64,000 nt of DNA from Octopus vulgaris (taxonomy: Eukaryota), in assembly GCA_951406725.2 (NCBI GenBank), contig OX597821.1:43028001-43092000 (forward strand). The letters are read 5' to 3'. This document shows positions 39,138 through 53,902 of the stretch, one piece after another. Each line of letters starts with the position of its first letter. Position 1 is the stretch's first letter. The position numbers and the translations under genes were made by a program. The notes below the pieces were generated by a model that worked only from the letters and a program-made list of their open reading frames with translations, was not told the origin of the DNA and did not search any database.

Positions 39138-42100
39138 TGTATGTATGTATGTATGTATGTATGTATGTATGTATGTATGTATGTTTGTATGTATGTGTAT
39201 ATGTGTGTGTGTATGTGTGTGTGTGTGTGTGAGTGTGTGTGTGTGTGTGTGTGTATGTGTGTGTGTGTGTGTGTGTGTACAGAGAGAGAGAGTGGTGAGA
39301 CATATGTGTCCATTACTCTTGGACAATATATCTTGCTGGGACACGTCATGAATGATGTAACCTGGGGTCATTAAAGGTGATCATCGTGTCAGGCTGCAGC
39401 GATGTTGGTACTACAATAATTTTATACCCATTTGTTTTAACCAGGGGCGATGAAATAATCAGTTTCGGTTCAGAATTTGATCCCTAAATGTGAGAATGTG
39501 ATAGGATTCATTAGTATAAAGTAGGCAGGGTTTCTTGTTACCTTGGTATGGTTGTACGTGTGAGGGTATTTTCTAATTGATATTAAGTGGTGTATTTTTA
39601 TATAGTAATGCTCGTATATGATTGGCTTAACTGACTGGCCAAAGCTTCCAAGATACTATCACTCTTATTCTTGTTTAAGAAAAATATATGCGTGCATGGC
39701 TGTATGTATAACAGTATTGAGCATTGTGATGAATAAAGAAATTAATACATAATACTTAGATTACTGTCATATCATAATATCAATTTGTGATGTTATAACT
39801 GTTGTTTTTATTTTTGTTTTCGTATATTTACTTTTCCTTCAACTTTATCCAATTTCATCGTAATAATTTTTTAAAATTAATTTCGTGTCTCTTGCAGGAA
39901 GAAAACCACAGAAATATCAGCGATCTTATCATTAACATAATCTACCATTTTGGTTTTTGCATCTCAACGGTGGCTCTTGCGGTGGCTTTCTGCATATTCT
40001 CTGGATTCAGGTAGATTTTGGCAGATAAACTGTATGCACGACTACTGAGAATTGACATTCTCTCTCTGTTCTCTCATCGCACACATATACGTACATGCAT
40101 TCTCTCCATTTCTCTCTGTTCTCTCTTTCTCTCTCTCTCTCTCTCACTTCATTTCTCACTGTATTTGTGTGTGCGCGACGCATGTGAAGTACTGACTGAC
40201 AGACAGAAGAAAGCGTACTTAATTCCATAGTAAAGATTAATAATGTCTTGATCGCATTAGCCTTGCTGCTCGAGACTTTTGCCTCTGGACTCACGGAGTT
40301 ATGAGACAAGTTATGACTAGACACTTTTTCATAAAATTTATTCATACATACATACCTATACAGGATTCCTGTCAACGGATGGAGGAAGGTGATGGAAGAA
40401 AGAAAAAGAAAAATGAGGGAAAACCGAAGAGAAAAAGAAACAAAATGGAAGACAGAGAAATAAAACAGGATTAAGAGGAAAATAAGTTACAGTGGGAAGA
40501 TATTAAATCGATAAATGAATTAAATAGAAATAAAATAAGATATAATATTAATTACATCAAGTTGAATGGGTAACAATGGGATGTGATTATTTTAAAAGTT
40601 TTATATATATACGGTGGTTGTCTACTCCCTATGCAGACTTTGACCACCTCTGTACTTACACCTTAGAACCATCATGGTGTCTGATGTGGCTTTTAAAACC
40701 AGATAATGTATTGAAAAGACACCCACATAATTTGCATATCTGATTTGGACCACCAAGAGTTGTAGTTAAGTTCTAATCTTTGTGGATCTTAAAATGTCTT
40801 TTGAGGCTTTTGTTAGATTTGCAGACCTTATGGCATACATGGCATTGAAAGGTGTGCACTGACATATAGGCAGAATAGTTGGTGGAGGTTCGTTTTTCAT
40901 GGGTCTGCAAATGAGATTTGAACCCAGCAAAAGAAAGGCATGATCTGTCACAAACTGTGCAGTACAAAAAGGTCATAGTGATTCACTTTCTCGATCGTAA
41001 CATTTTTCTTTAAATCTCTCTTGAGTCTTGCATGCATTATCCTGGCCCCTTCAAACACTTTCACTCCACTCCACACTACTGTTCGCCATCCAGCTCGATC
41101 ACAAGCAAGGGCTTCTATATCCTCTGGATCCATTCCAAGTGACTTCATAGTAGTCCTTATGCCGTCCTTAAACCTCTTTTTAGGTTTACACCGATAGCGT
41201 TTCCCCTCTACAAGCTCACCATAAAACAGTTGTTTGGGCATGCGTTCATCCGCCATTCGAACAATATGGCCACACCATCTCATTTGATTTTTCAGAATCA
41301 TTGCCTCTAGGCGCAAGGACATCTGTGTTTTGGAGCAAAAGAACACCATTTAATGTTTAAAATGCGATGAAGGCATTTTTGGTGGAATTGTTCTAATTTG
41401 AAATGTCTTTCATAGCATGTCCATGTTTCAGAAGAATACAAAAGGGATGGTGGTAAGACAAACGATTAGTAAAGAGCCAATTTTGTATTGTTATTTATAT
41501 GTCGTTGGTACCAAACTCGTGACTTCAAACCACCAAATGCTTGTGCTTCCCTTTGAATTCGCAGATGCATTTCAGTGTCCAAATTTCCATCATTTTGTAC
41601 AGAGCTTCCAAGGTAGATGAAAGAATCAACAACTTCAAGTAACTTACCCTTAACAAAACTTTTAGGTGGGTTGCAAACAGCACCACATGTAGGTTGATAC
41701 TTTACAACTGTTTTTTTTTAAGTTGATGGTCAAGTCAAAATCGTCACAAATACTAGAGATTGCAGAAATGTTTCAGAATGACTGACTAGATCGCAGTCGT
41801 GCGTATATCAGTTCCCTAATGAGTGGAGTAAAAACCTTCGTTTTTGAATTTCAGTCTGGTCAGATAAAAAACATTCCCTGTTCGCTATTTTATGTAAATG
41901 CTCTCCTCGGAGTTTTGAAAAGCGTGTTACAGCACAACAGCAAAGTATATTGCAAAGAGGGTAAGTGCATCAAGGTCTCCTTGTTTTACTCCATTTTCCA
42001 CAGCAAAAGATTCAGTGAGCCTACCACCAAAATTAACTCTAGCTTTCATATCTTGATACAAATCCCTGATCATGTTTACAAATTTTTATGGGTAACTTGT

Positions 42101-43898
42101 TTTGCTTAAAATTAGCCACAGAGCATTTCGGTTAACAGTATCGAATGCTTTGCTCATATCAACAAAGTAATGGTACAGGGCAAGATTCTGTTCAATGCAC
42201 TTTCCCCGAAATTGTCTGATAGTAAAGATACAATCAGCTGTGCCCTTGGAGGAGCGAAAACACATTGAGACTCACACACCATATTTGGAACTATGAAGGT
42301 ATTTAAACAGTCTAAAGTTCCTTTCCAACCACAGACAAAAGCGAAATCCCACGAAAATTATTGCACAGATCCTTTTGGCCCCGATTTATACAAGGAGACT
42401 AAAATGGCATTAATCCATGTCTTGAGGCACTTTCTCAGTTCTTCAACAGTGATAAATTAATATATTTAAGAGTTCAAACATTTTGTCACCCCCATATTTT
42501 AAGACCTCTACACAGATTCCATCAGACCCTGGAAACTTATTGTTATTCAGCTTATTCACAGCTAAACGAATGTCATTTAGGGTTGGTTGAAATGCTATCT
42601 CCTCTATAACTGGAAGGTGTTCGATTTTTTTCTATCATCCTCATGTCAGCGGATGATGGTCTATTCAAAAGTGAAACCCTTATGAATAGAAGCGGTGTCA
42701 GTCAGAAGCAAATGTCCATTTGCTGTTCTCACCGGAGCTATTGAAGAAGATTTGAGCCCATATACCTCCTTAACATAAGAGTATCAACCCTTGGCGGCAT
42801 TCCTATCAGCTGTTTCTTGTGCCCCATTTGCTCTATCATTCCACCATTCCTGTTTAATTTTCCTTAGAGCAGTCTGCACTTTCCCTTTCAGTTGTCTGTA
42901 AGCTTCGTTTGATTTGGGATTCAAGGACTAAGGAAGAATTATATTGCCTAAGTTTTGTTTTTCTAAAAGTAGATCATGAATTTCTGCTGATTTGTCTGAA
43001 AACCAGTTACTGGACTTATGCAATTTATATCCCACCGACGAAGTTGCAGCCTGAAATACTTTTGTTTTGAAATCTTCCCATAGATTTGGGTCAAAATTGA
43101 TACTTTCTATAGAATCTTGGAATCTTTGCAAGTTGCTTAGTAATTTGAAGTTTGCAACATTTAACTTTTTCGGTACCTTATGACCAGACTGTTGACTTCT
43201 AAGCATTATCGAAAAATTTATTTTTCTACGCATTAGACGATGGTCAGTCCAGCTCTTTGCTCCTCTCATGACCCGAACACTAGAAACATCTTTCATATCA
43301 CGCTTTCTGATCAAAATATAATCTATGAGATGCCAGTCCTTAGATCTTGGGTGCAACCAGGTGGTTTTATATTGATTTTTCTGCTTAAATAGACTGTTGG
43401 TAACAACCAGATTATTCTCAATACAAAGCGTCAAAAGAGCTACTCCATTTTTATTACATTTCCCATGAAACATAGTCATTTCCAATTCTTGCGTTGAAAT
43501 TTCCCAATATGACTAGCTTGTCAGAAATTGGTACTTTCCTCAGCAATTGTGCTAGATCGTCATAAAATTGTCCTCCAATTTAATTAGAATGAGACATTGT
43601 TGGTGCGTAAAAACAACGGTAAGAAGCCTACCTTTTGTCAGTTTTATACGACATAACATGGTTCGTTCAGAAATACCACTTGGAGATTCTTCAATGGAGG
43701 ATAGTAATAAATTCTTAAGAGCAAACCCAACACAAGATTCTCTATGCTGGCCCTCAGGCAGGCCTTTCCCGAAGGTAGTATATCCATAAGTAGGTTCATT
43801 TATTTGACCCTCACCAGAGATACGAGTTTTAGAGTGCAATTATATCAAGGGAATATTTTTTAAGCTCACGTGCAATAAGTACAGTACGCCTTTCTGCT

Positions 43899-43962
<64 letters not shown>

Positions 43963-46415
43963 AGAAGGTGCATGGGGCTCAGTGGTTAGACCGTCGAGCT
44001 TACGATCGTAAGGTTGTGAGTTCGATTCCCGGAGCAGGCTGCGTGTTGTGTTCTTGAGCAAGACACTTTATTTCACCTTGTTCCAGTTCAGTCAGCCGTA
44101 GAAATGGGTTACGATGTCACTGGTGCTAAGCTGTATTGGCCTTTGCCTTTCCCCTGAATAACATTGGTGGCTTGGAGAGGGGAGACTGGTATGCATGGGC
44201 GACTGCTGATCTTTCATAAAAACAACCCGAGGTTGTGCGTTCGCCGGTAAAGCGACTTTCCGCCCAGATTTATACTCCGGAGGGGAACTTCTTAGGTGTA
44301 CCCATGGTCGTTCGTGACCGACAGAGTCGAGTTTCATATATATATATATATATATGTAACTCTCTTAGGAACCGCATTCACATCTCGCTCCTAAATTCTG
44401 TATAGATATATTTTTGCAGACGAACTTATTTAGATAAAATTATCAATTAAATTTTTTAAATACGATTGTTAAATATATTCTGTTATCAAATTTCAATGAA
44501 ATTTTCATTAAAATGTCGAAAATTACCTGAAGATTAGGTTTTAATTATGAAATAACAAAGTCGGCATGCCGGCAGAAACGTTAGCATGCTGAGCAAAATA
44601 CTTAGATATATTTTTGCAGACGAACTTATTTAGATAAAATTATCAATTAAATTTTGTAAATACGATTGTTAAATATATTCTGTTATCAAATTTCAATGAA
44701 ATTTTCATTAAAATGTCGAAAATTATCTGAAGATTAGGTTTTAATTATGAAATAACAAAGTCGGCATGCCGTTAGAAACGTTAGCATGCTGAGCAAAATA
44801 CTTAGCAGTATTTCGTTCATCTTTACGTTCTGAGTTTAAATTTCGCCGAGATCGACTTTACCTTTCAGGATTGATAAAATAAGTACGAGATGGGCATTGG
44901 GGTCGATGTAATCGACTTGCCCCTATCCTGAAATTGCTAGCCTTGTGTCAAAAATTTAAAATCAATTAATAAATAACATGTATAAATTGGGTAAATTGTT
45001 TTAAAATGTTAAGTGATTGCAAAGATAACCATGAAGTAAACAGCTTAGTTAATGATGTGGAGGCTGGTTTAGCATCAATATTGAAGGTAACAACTTAATT
45101 AGAAAGGCTAACTTACTTAAAATCTGATCAGTTGCTAACCTTCTACTGAGATAGTAGTATTGTACACAAGCCCATGACTAACGTTTGAGTATTGTAAACA
45201 CATCTGGTATTGCTGTTACCAAAAACAGGACATGGGTTTGTAGTTAAAAGATTCACTTCGATACATAATTTTGGGTTCGATCCCATTGGGCAGCAAATCT
45301 CCTATATTATCTCAGTTTGGCCGAAACTTATGAAGGAAATTTTGTAGATGGAAACTAAATGAAAGCCTACAGGCAGTGTAGTTCTTGGTTTGGGGTGACA
45401 CCCTTAATCCATCGCCTAGTTTAACATTGCCACTTATCCCTTGGGTGCCTTTAGTAACGTCCTTTCCACTGTAAGTAATCGAACCAGGTCACTAGTCTAA
45501 GGGTCTTTTCCTCCCTCCCTCCTTCCCTCCCTCCACCTCACCAAATACAGAGGTCTTGAAAGGAGTCATGGGCACTGCACTTCTCCCTCTGACTAAGCCT
45601 TTAAAAATTATATTCTAGGCCGCAAACCCAAAACAAGCTATTTGGCTAACTGGCAAGATCTCATTTGCCAACAATTGTCAACCACCGGTAACATTTCATT
45701 TCAAAATTTTTTCAAACCTTTTCCGAAGCATTCAAGGGAAATGCTTTAGTGAGAATGTAAATACTTCAGCACAATAAATCAATTTGCTGTCAGGAAAATA
45801 TAGATACTTCAGCTGAATAATGTACTCTGTCATATCGTTGAAATATTTAAAGAGTGCTCCAAGGCAAACTGGATGTGTGCACTGGAAATGCACTCAAATA
45901 AAAAATTTAATCAAATTAAGAATTTACGGCAAATATTCTGAAAAAGCATTTTGGAACAGAAATGTTCAGCTTTCAATAAATTGAAGATGCCATTTGAATA
46001 AAATTGGGGAAAATTAGATGATGAATACTTCCTATTGGTTTAAATAGATTTAAGTGAATAGAATTCAATCTACAGCATATATTGGCCATGTTTTATTGTG
46101 CAAGCCAAATAAATTTACAAGTTATACGTTTTGTTTCACAAGCTTTTCCCAGTAAAATGTTCAAATTCTCATTGATTGATTTTCGCCGAGTAAATTAAGC
46201 TGTCATGTAACAAGTTTCATTAACTTCATAAACTCTCACATTCAATTCTCAATACATCTGCCTGCTGCAGTATTCTAATGATAGTTTGAAACCTATGAAA
46301 TCCTTGCAACTCAAAACGTATACGTGATACTTTCTCTCTCTGTCTCCCTCTCTCTCTCTCTCTCTGTATATATTTTTTTGTGTCTGTGCTTATATGCATG
46401 TATTTATGTATGTTT

Positions 46416-46473
<58 letters not shown>

Positions 46474-48007
46474 CTCTTACTCTTTTACTCTTTTACTTGT
46501 TTCAGTCATTTGACTGCGGCCATGCTGGAGCACCACCTTTAGTCGAGCAAATCGACCCCGGGACTTATTCTTTGTAAGCCCAGTACTTATTCTATCGGTC
46601 TCTTTTGCCGAACCGCTAAGTGACGGGGACATAACCACACCAGCGTCGGTTGTCAAGCAATGCTAGGGGGACAAACACAGACACACAAACATAGACACAC
46701 ACACTTATATATATATACATATATACGACAGGCTTCTTTCAGTTTCCGTCTACCAAATCCCTTCGCAAGGCATTGGTCGGCCCGTGGCTATAGCAGAAGA
46801 CACTTGCCCAAGATGCCACGCAGTGGGACTGAACCCGGAACCATGTGGTTGGTTAGCAAGCTACTTACCACACAGCCACTCCTATATATCTTTTATCTTT
46901 TATATTTTACTTGTTTCAGTCTTTAGACTGAGGCCATGCTGGGGCATCATCTTGAAGAATTTTAGTCAAAAGAATTGGCCCCAGTAATTACTTTTTTTGA
47001 GTCTGGTACTTATTTTATATTATTTACATTATTTACAATTGACAGACATTTGTCCTCATCTTGTTTGTTGTTAACACAATGTTTCGGCTGATATACCCTC
47101 CAGCCTTCATCAGGAGTCTTGGGGAAATTTTGAACCTGGGTTCTCATTCCTAAGGTATTTTTCGATGTTGTTGTTGTTGTTGTTGTTGTTCAGTAGCGTT
47201 CATTTGTTGAGTCATATTTGCGTAGGTGTTAATGCCTTTTATGGCAACAATATTTTCTTTTATGGAAATATTTCAGTTTGTGGTTCTGCACTGGAAATTC
47301 TGAGAGCTATTGTTCAAATTTCACCCAATGTCTTGCTACAATAGTATGTATGCATGTATGTATGCATGTCTCTTCTATTTTATTAATTATTATAAATCTT
47401 TCACTGAGAAGGGTGCTGGTTTCCAACAAAGCTCTGCCTTTGGGATATAGTTAACACAGACAAAATCACATTTGGAACTTGAGAAAAGACTTGCATATTT
47501 TTACTGTTTCACTCACTGATTGCACTTGTAATGTACGAATTAGCTGGTTGATTTCTCTTTCTGAAAATCCTAGTTTATCCAGATTCCCCTTTAAGCATTT
47601 ACAAAAAAAAAACCTAGTGCTCCAATTATTTTTAGTATGAATATGAATTCATAGTCTGGATATAGAAGCTGGAGGTTTTGAAGCAGTTGTTCATAGATAT
47701 CCTCTTTTTCTTTGATTTTCAAAGAGATATTTATGTCTGCAGGGCAACTGACCTCTACGATAGTACATACCTTTGCCCTTCTGTCCCAAACAATAATATC
47801 CGGCCTGTTATGTTTACATTTGACAGACTTTTTGAGGGAATATTCCACCAGTGTTCCTTGAGATGGTGTTTATGAATGTATTCCATAACAGAGGGGTTTT
47901 CTAAGTTTATTTCAGGACAGACTTTTTTGTGGATGCATTGTAAATTGTTTTAGCAACATCACGCCGCATGTATGTATGTATGTATGTATGTATGTATGTA
48001 TGTATTA

Positions 48008-48056
<49 letters not shown>

Positions 48057-49084
48057 TACAAGTCATAGCCTACAGGCAGCAGAAAATTTTCCATGAAGGT
48101 ATTTCTTCTCAAATTCATTCAATAATTTTTTTTAAATACTTTCTAAATAAGGTAATTTTTAAATAAAAAATTTTTACTTCATAAAGATTAAAATGTTTTG
48201 GGAATGAGAAATGTATGTTTTCTATGAATGATAATCGATTTTCTAAATTAAAAAGTCTTTAGGAATAATATCTGTTTCAATTACTTATAAATGCTAGTTA
48301 TGTTTATTCATTTTATCCTTTAAGAAGATCAAATCGAGCCATCTTCTGAATTGCTGGAGTACAATAAGTCTGAAAAATAACCAACATTCCAAGATCAGCT
48401 GCAGATTATCAATCTTGTTTTAAAAGGAATGTATCCCAAATATATTGAACCCACATGATTATATTATTTTAGTTATTACTAAACTGGAGTGAGACCAGGT
48501 ACTGATGCTAGTGTTTAAAAATTTTAAATGAAAAATATTCAAAACATATTGCTTTATTTTAAAAAATAGTTTGGCTCATATTTGTCCATAGATATCCTCT
48601 TTTTCTTTGATTTTCAAAGAGATATCTATGTCTGCAGGGCAGCTGACCTCTACGATAGTACATACCTTTGGGGAACTTGTCCGATAATCATATTTAGAAG
48701 CACTGTCGGTAGAGCCACAATGAGTTTACATGATTGAGTTTTATGGAAATATAGGAAATTAATAAAACTATGTGTGTGAGTGTATAAGCATGCCTGTGTG
48801 CATTTTGTTCACTTATATTTTGAACATTTATGCATTTATAAATCTTTTGTCGTTGCTAGGTTGCTAAATGGTGCAAATTAATAATAAGTGCAAATTAATA
48901 ATTAGAATCTTTTGGAAGCTGGTTATATACTTGCCTTTTGTTTTTTTCTATAACCTCTGTGGTAGAAAACAGTCCTGTCTTAGTTATGTGCTTTTAGGTT
49001 TAGCACCACTGTGTGATACTAAATGTCTGTGTGTGTGGGGTGGTATTCATGTGTGTGTGTGTGTGTGTGAGTGTGTGTGTGTGT

Positions 49085-49171
<87 letters not shown>

Positions 49172-52100
49172 CGTGTGTGTGTGTGTGTGTGGCTGTGTGC
49201 GCGTGCTTGTCTAAAGACCTAAATGGATGTCATTGCAAAAAGATTTTCTGTTTTGAACACAAGACAAGAAATTTTATCTCACCTCATTCATTCATCTCTC
49301 TCTCTCTCTCTCTGTACACTCACACACACACATATGCGTGCGTGTGTGTATGTATACAATTCAGCACATACTAAAAAATATATATACATACAGTCATACA
49401 CATACTAGCATAAACATACATATGCATACATTCACACAAATACAGACCTCAACCAAACCAAACCACTATGAAAAATAACTGAAGTTTTAACCTTTGTTTA
49501 ACGTTGTCTCTTTGACAGAAATTCCTGTAGCCAAAATACTGAGTACTGAATTCTTTTACACACATACATTTAAACTTTTGCTTTTATCCTTTTTGTTGTA
49601 TTTTTTGCTTTCTTTAATACATATAAATATATATATAAAAAATACACTTTATTAAAATAAAATTTTCTCCAAAATTAAACATATACAAAGTATATTTATA
49701 ACAACTCACACACAAACATACGCACACATATATACATACAATTCACCATACACTCAAACAACCACATACATACTCACACATACATGCACACACACAAATA
49801 TTTTACCCAAACGTGCCCATAAACACTCCCAGACATTCACATACACACATGCATACATGCAATTGATTCTAACACCAAAAATACAAGCAAGGCTGACCCA
49901 AGCAATTTTGAATGAATAGGTTTACCTTTTAGTATCTGGAGTTGCTAAAATGTAGAAAATACAATCTTTTTTTAAGAACATTTTTATGTAAATCTTCTAA
50001 AATTTGGTGAGACCACCTTCATGAATGTCACAGTATAGGAGGTGACCTCCTTGAGCATGGGGTCCGCTTGGGCATGGAGCCCGATTAGGAGCAATCAGTT
50101 CAATTGGCTTAAGGTTGGCCCTGACCAAGAGAGAGTACGACTATCACAACTTGCTTCTAGCTTCAGTGACACCACTGACTTTACATCACGGGGTCTATGG
50201 AAAAAATGGCACATGATACGAAATTAACAAAACTTGACTAATCTAAAAACTCAACATAAAATATTCTCTATAGATTCTTCACAGTCTGCTGGAGTGGCTG
50301 TCTTCATCATATATTTATACACCATGCGGTTATGGAGAAAAAATTATTCATATTAGTCATTATTCATTTTACCTCAGTTTAGACATCATTTTTTGACAAC
50401 TGAAAATGATCAAATTAAGAAAAAATTGACTTGGAATCCAACAGAGAAAAGACTATTGATTGTCAAACAATAAAATTATCCAGATATTTTATTAGCAGCT
50501 CCAATAACAATCAGGTCGAAGTTTGATGTGACAGTACAAGATAATGATGCAATACTTGCAATGAAATGTTTTCAAACAGGTAGGGAGAAAATAGCAAGAA
50601 ATTAGAAATTATTCCCTTTGCCCCAGTTACCAATTTTGCACACATACCCCTGAAGCAAACGTAACATTTATTTTACAAACTTTGCCCAAGTTCCCTTATT
50701 ATTATAATAATGTTCAGTATATCCTGTTACAATACCCACAGTAAACAAGATGTTTAACGTTGACTTTTTTCTTTAGAAATCTGAGATGTCTTCGAAATAA
50801 GATTCACTGCCACTTAATTATGAGTTTTATCCTTCGTAACATCATTTGGCTGGCCATGCGACATAGTATAGAACACGTGGCTGTTCACAAGCCCCATCTT
50901 GAGGTGAGTAGAGAAAGCAAATAGACACTCATTGAATTTGACTTAACTGATTTTCTGGCCAGTTCATTTACGCAGTATAATATTATTTAATGTATCTTCC
51001 AATCTTCTCTCTCTCTCTCTCTCTTTCTCTCTCTGTGTATGCTGGGATATCAATAGAAAAAAAATAGTTTAGATCTTCAATAAAACCGTATTTGAGACAA
51101 GTTGTGCTATCAAACCCAATGAAAACTGTTAACTTTGGACAAGGCTCTCAGATATTTTGTATCAAATATCATTATATCTAAGATTTCATTTCGCAGTGTT
51201 GGTTAGTAAAACTGGAAACTGATGTATGAGACAAACAATAATTTCTACATGCTTGCCTTCATGTCATAGCAGAAGTTAGGGTGGTGTCACGTCCCAACAA
51301 GAACACTGAAAATGAATGAATGACCAGCATGACACAACCATTTGTGATAACCAGACTAAACAAGTCTTTGGAATAGTACAGTGTGCTACATGACAAACAG
51401 TCTAATAATGTCAATGAATGTTGATAGACTATTAATGGTTTGGAGATATTCAAGCTCATTGGGTATTGAGAATGTTTTGTAGTCTCTATTTATAAACAAA
51501 TCAAAAGTGTGCTTTCGGAATAGCTGTCACAAATTTCTCATTTAAAAAAATTTTCTTTTTTTTTAGGTGGAGGGTCGGTATTTTTCAACATTTTATAGTA
51601 TCCCACATTGCAAAACACTTGCAGATCACTTTTTGTGTATAAACTAAAACCTTTTTTGCAAAATCTATATTTTTAAATGTTTCAGCTCTCTCCGCACATA
51701 TGCACACATGCATTTACACACACACACACTCATGATTTTTTCATCTTCATTATTTTTCATTTCCACATTCTGAAACAATTGTAATTCATATTTTTATAAA
51801 AACTATTTCTCAATCCTCTTTTTATTATACATTTTGCAATTAATGTAATCTGGGGTGAAAAAATTTAACAAATATCTGGTAAATATAGTTCATTAAACTT
51901 ACCTTTCACAGCCATCTGAATAGAAAAAGGAAAAAGGTTTTTAAGATTGGCAAAAGTGTAAAAACGAAGTTGGTTTTGGTGGTGAAATGAAAGATGTTTA
52001 AAAACTGAAATTTAAAGAATTTTGTTTTCAAAAATAGAATGGCAATTTTGGATAAAGGGTATGGAGGTGGGCAAGGTAAGAAATTTGAAAAACATGAATT

Positions 52101-53869
52101 TTTGAAAATAAGATAAAAATTTTTAATGCAAATTACATGTCTATCAGAAGTGTTTCCCAATTTGGAATACTATAAAATTATGTATAATGACAAGAATAAA
52201 CATTTTAATTGTGAATGGTACAATGAAGAAGGAAAAGTGTTTAAGAATTTGTTTTTCCCAAAAATATGAATTCTAAATTATTCAGAACATTCATTACTCT
52301 AAAAAACAAACCCCGAGAAATAGCAAAAAGAAAAGAAAAAATAATCTTTTTAATCATAGTAGCTACTCTGAAGGCACAATGTGGGGGCAGGACTGAGACA
52401 TTTGAAAAATATGGATTTAAAAGGAAAATTCTTTTTAAACTATTTACAAGTGTTTTGCAATATGGAGTACTTTAAAATTCACCCTAAATCCTGTACCTAT
52501 CCCTCACCCCAGGAAATTCCATTTTATTTGTAAAAGCTATTTCAAAAGTCCTAACCAAAACGAGATTGTCAAGTGGCCAAGCCACTATGAATACAAGTTA
52601 ACAGACGAAGACTGTGTGGGGTTTGCATTCTATACACAGGGTTGCAATTTATTCCTGATAAACATAATTATCTCTGAACAGCCAGTTCTAGATGACTTAT
52701 TAATTGCAATAAACACTTACAGAATTGCATAATGAAAATGATTTCGTCAGTTTGCAATGTAGAGCTTTTGATTCTTCTATGGTCAACTGAATTCAATCGG
52801 CTGGTTGAGCAGTTAATGGCTTACTCACTTGAGTGAATAATTAAATGAAAAGATAGGGGAGAGAGAGTACAGAAGGCATGAAAGGACCGTTGAATGAGTA
52901 AGTATTCAAGTAAATAAATGAGTGATTAAGAAAAGGAAAATTTACAAAGGTTATAAAAAATATTTGGCAGAGTATTCTCTTAAAGTTAAATATGAAATTT
53001 TAAATCAAATTAATATTGCACTGTTTGTACTCATAAAAGTTTATTTATTAAACAGTACTAATCTTATGCCCATTGTCTTCTATCTCTAGTGGTTATGTAA
53101 AGCTTTGGTGACAGCTTTCAATTACTTCCAGAGTACAAACTTCTATTGGATGTTTGTCGAAGGTCTCCACTTACACATGATTGTCGTTTGGACGTATTCT
53201 TCAGAAAAACTCCAGCTTTGGCATTTCAAACTAATAGGATGGGGTAAGTAATATTTGTCAAGCATTGTGCATATGCTTTTAGAGGGAATGTATGTGTATC
53301 TGTGTTTGTGCATTTGCCTATGTGTATCTGTGTAAGTCTATCATAGCTAGAATTATTCATTAAGATAATGACTTTCTCTCTATGGGTGCAATCTATCTAT
53401 ACTATAATCAGGACCGGATTTATGAATGGGCAGAGGGGGAAATTGCCCCAAGCATCTAGATATCGGGGGGTTGGGAGCACTGCTAGGAGGATATGTAGCA
53501 CTCAATACAGGAATCAGGCATGAAAAGAGTGTCTTTCAATATACAAAGGTATCTTGACTTCTTAAAAAATGGATTCTCTTTTAGGACAGCCACTTTAGAG
53601 ACATCAAATAATTCAATTAAAAAAACAGTCCCAAAGCACTTCCCAAGGAAATTGTAGCTGCTTTTGGGATGGAAAAGGGAAACAACAGAACACTCCTGAA
53701 AATGTATGTCTGTATGTATCTGTGAGTGTATGTGTGTTTGTGTGTGTATGTAAGTATAAATGTATATAAAGATAAAGAGATTGATAGAAAAATGTTATTG
53801 TCTCCAGGCTAAATTCCTTCTTTCAAAGCATGACTGAGCTTGACCTTGGCTTGACCATTATTGGTTAAA

Positions 53870-53902
<33 letters not shown>

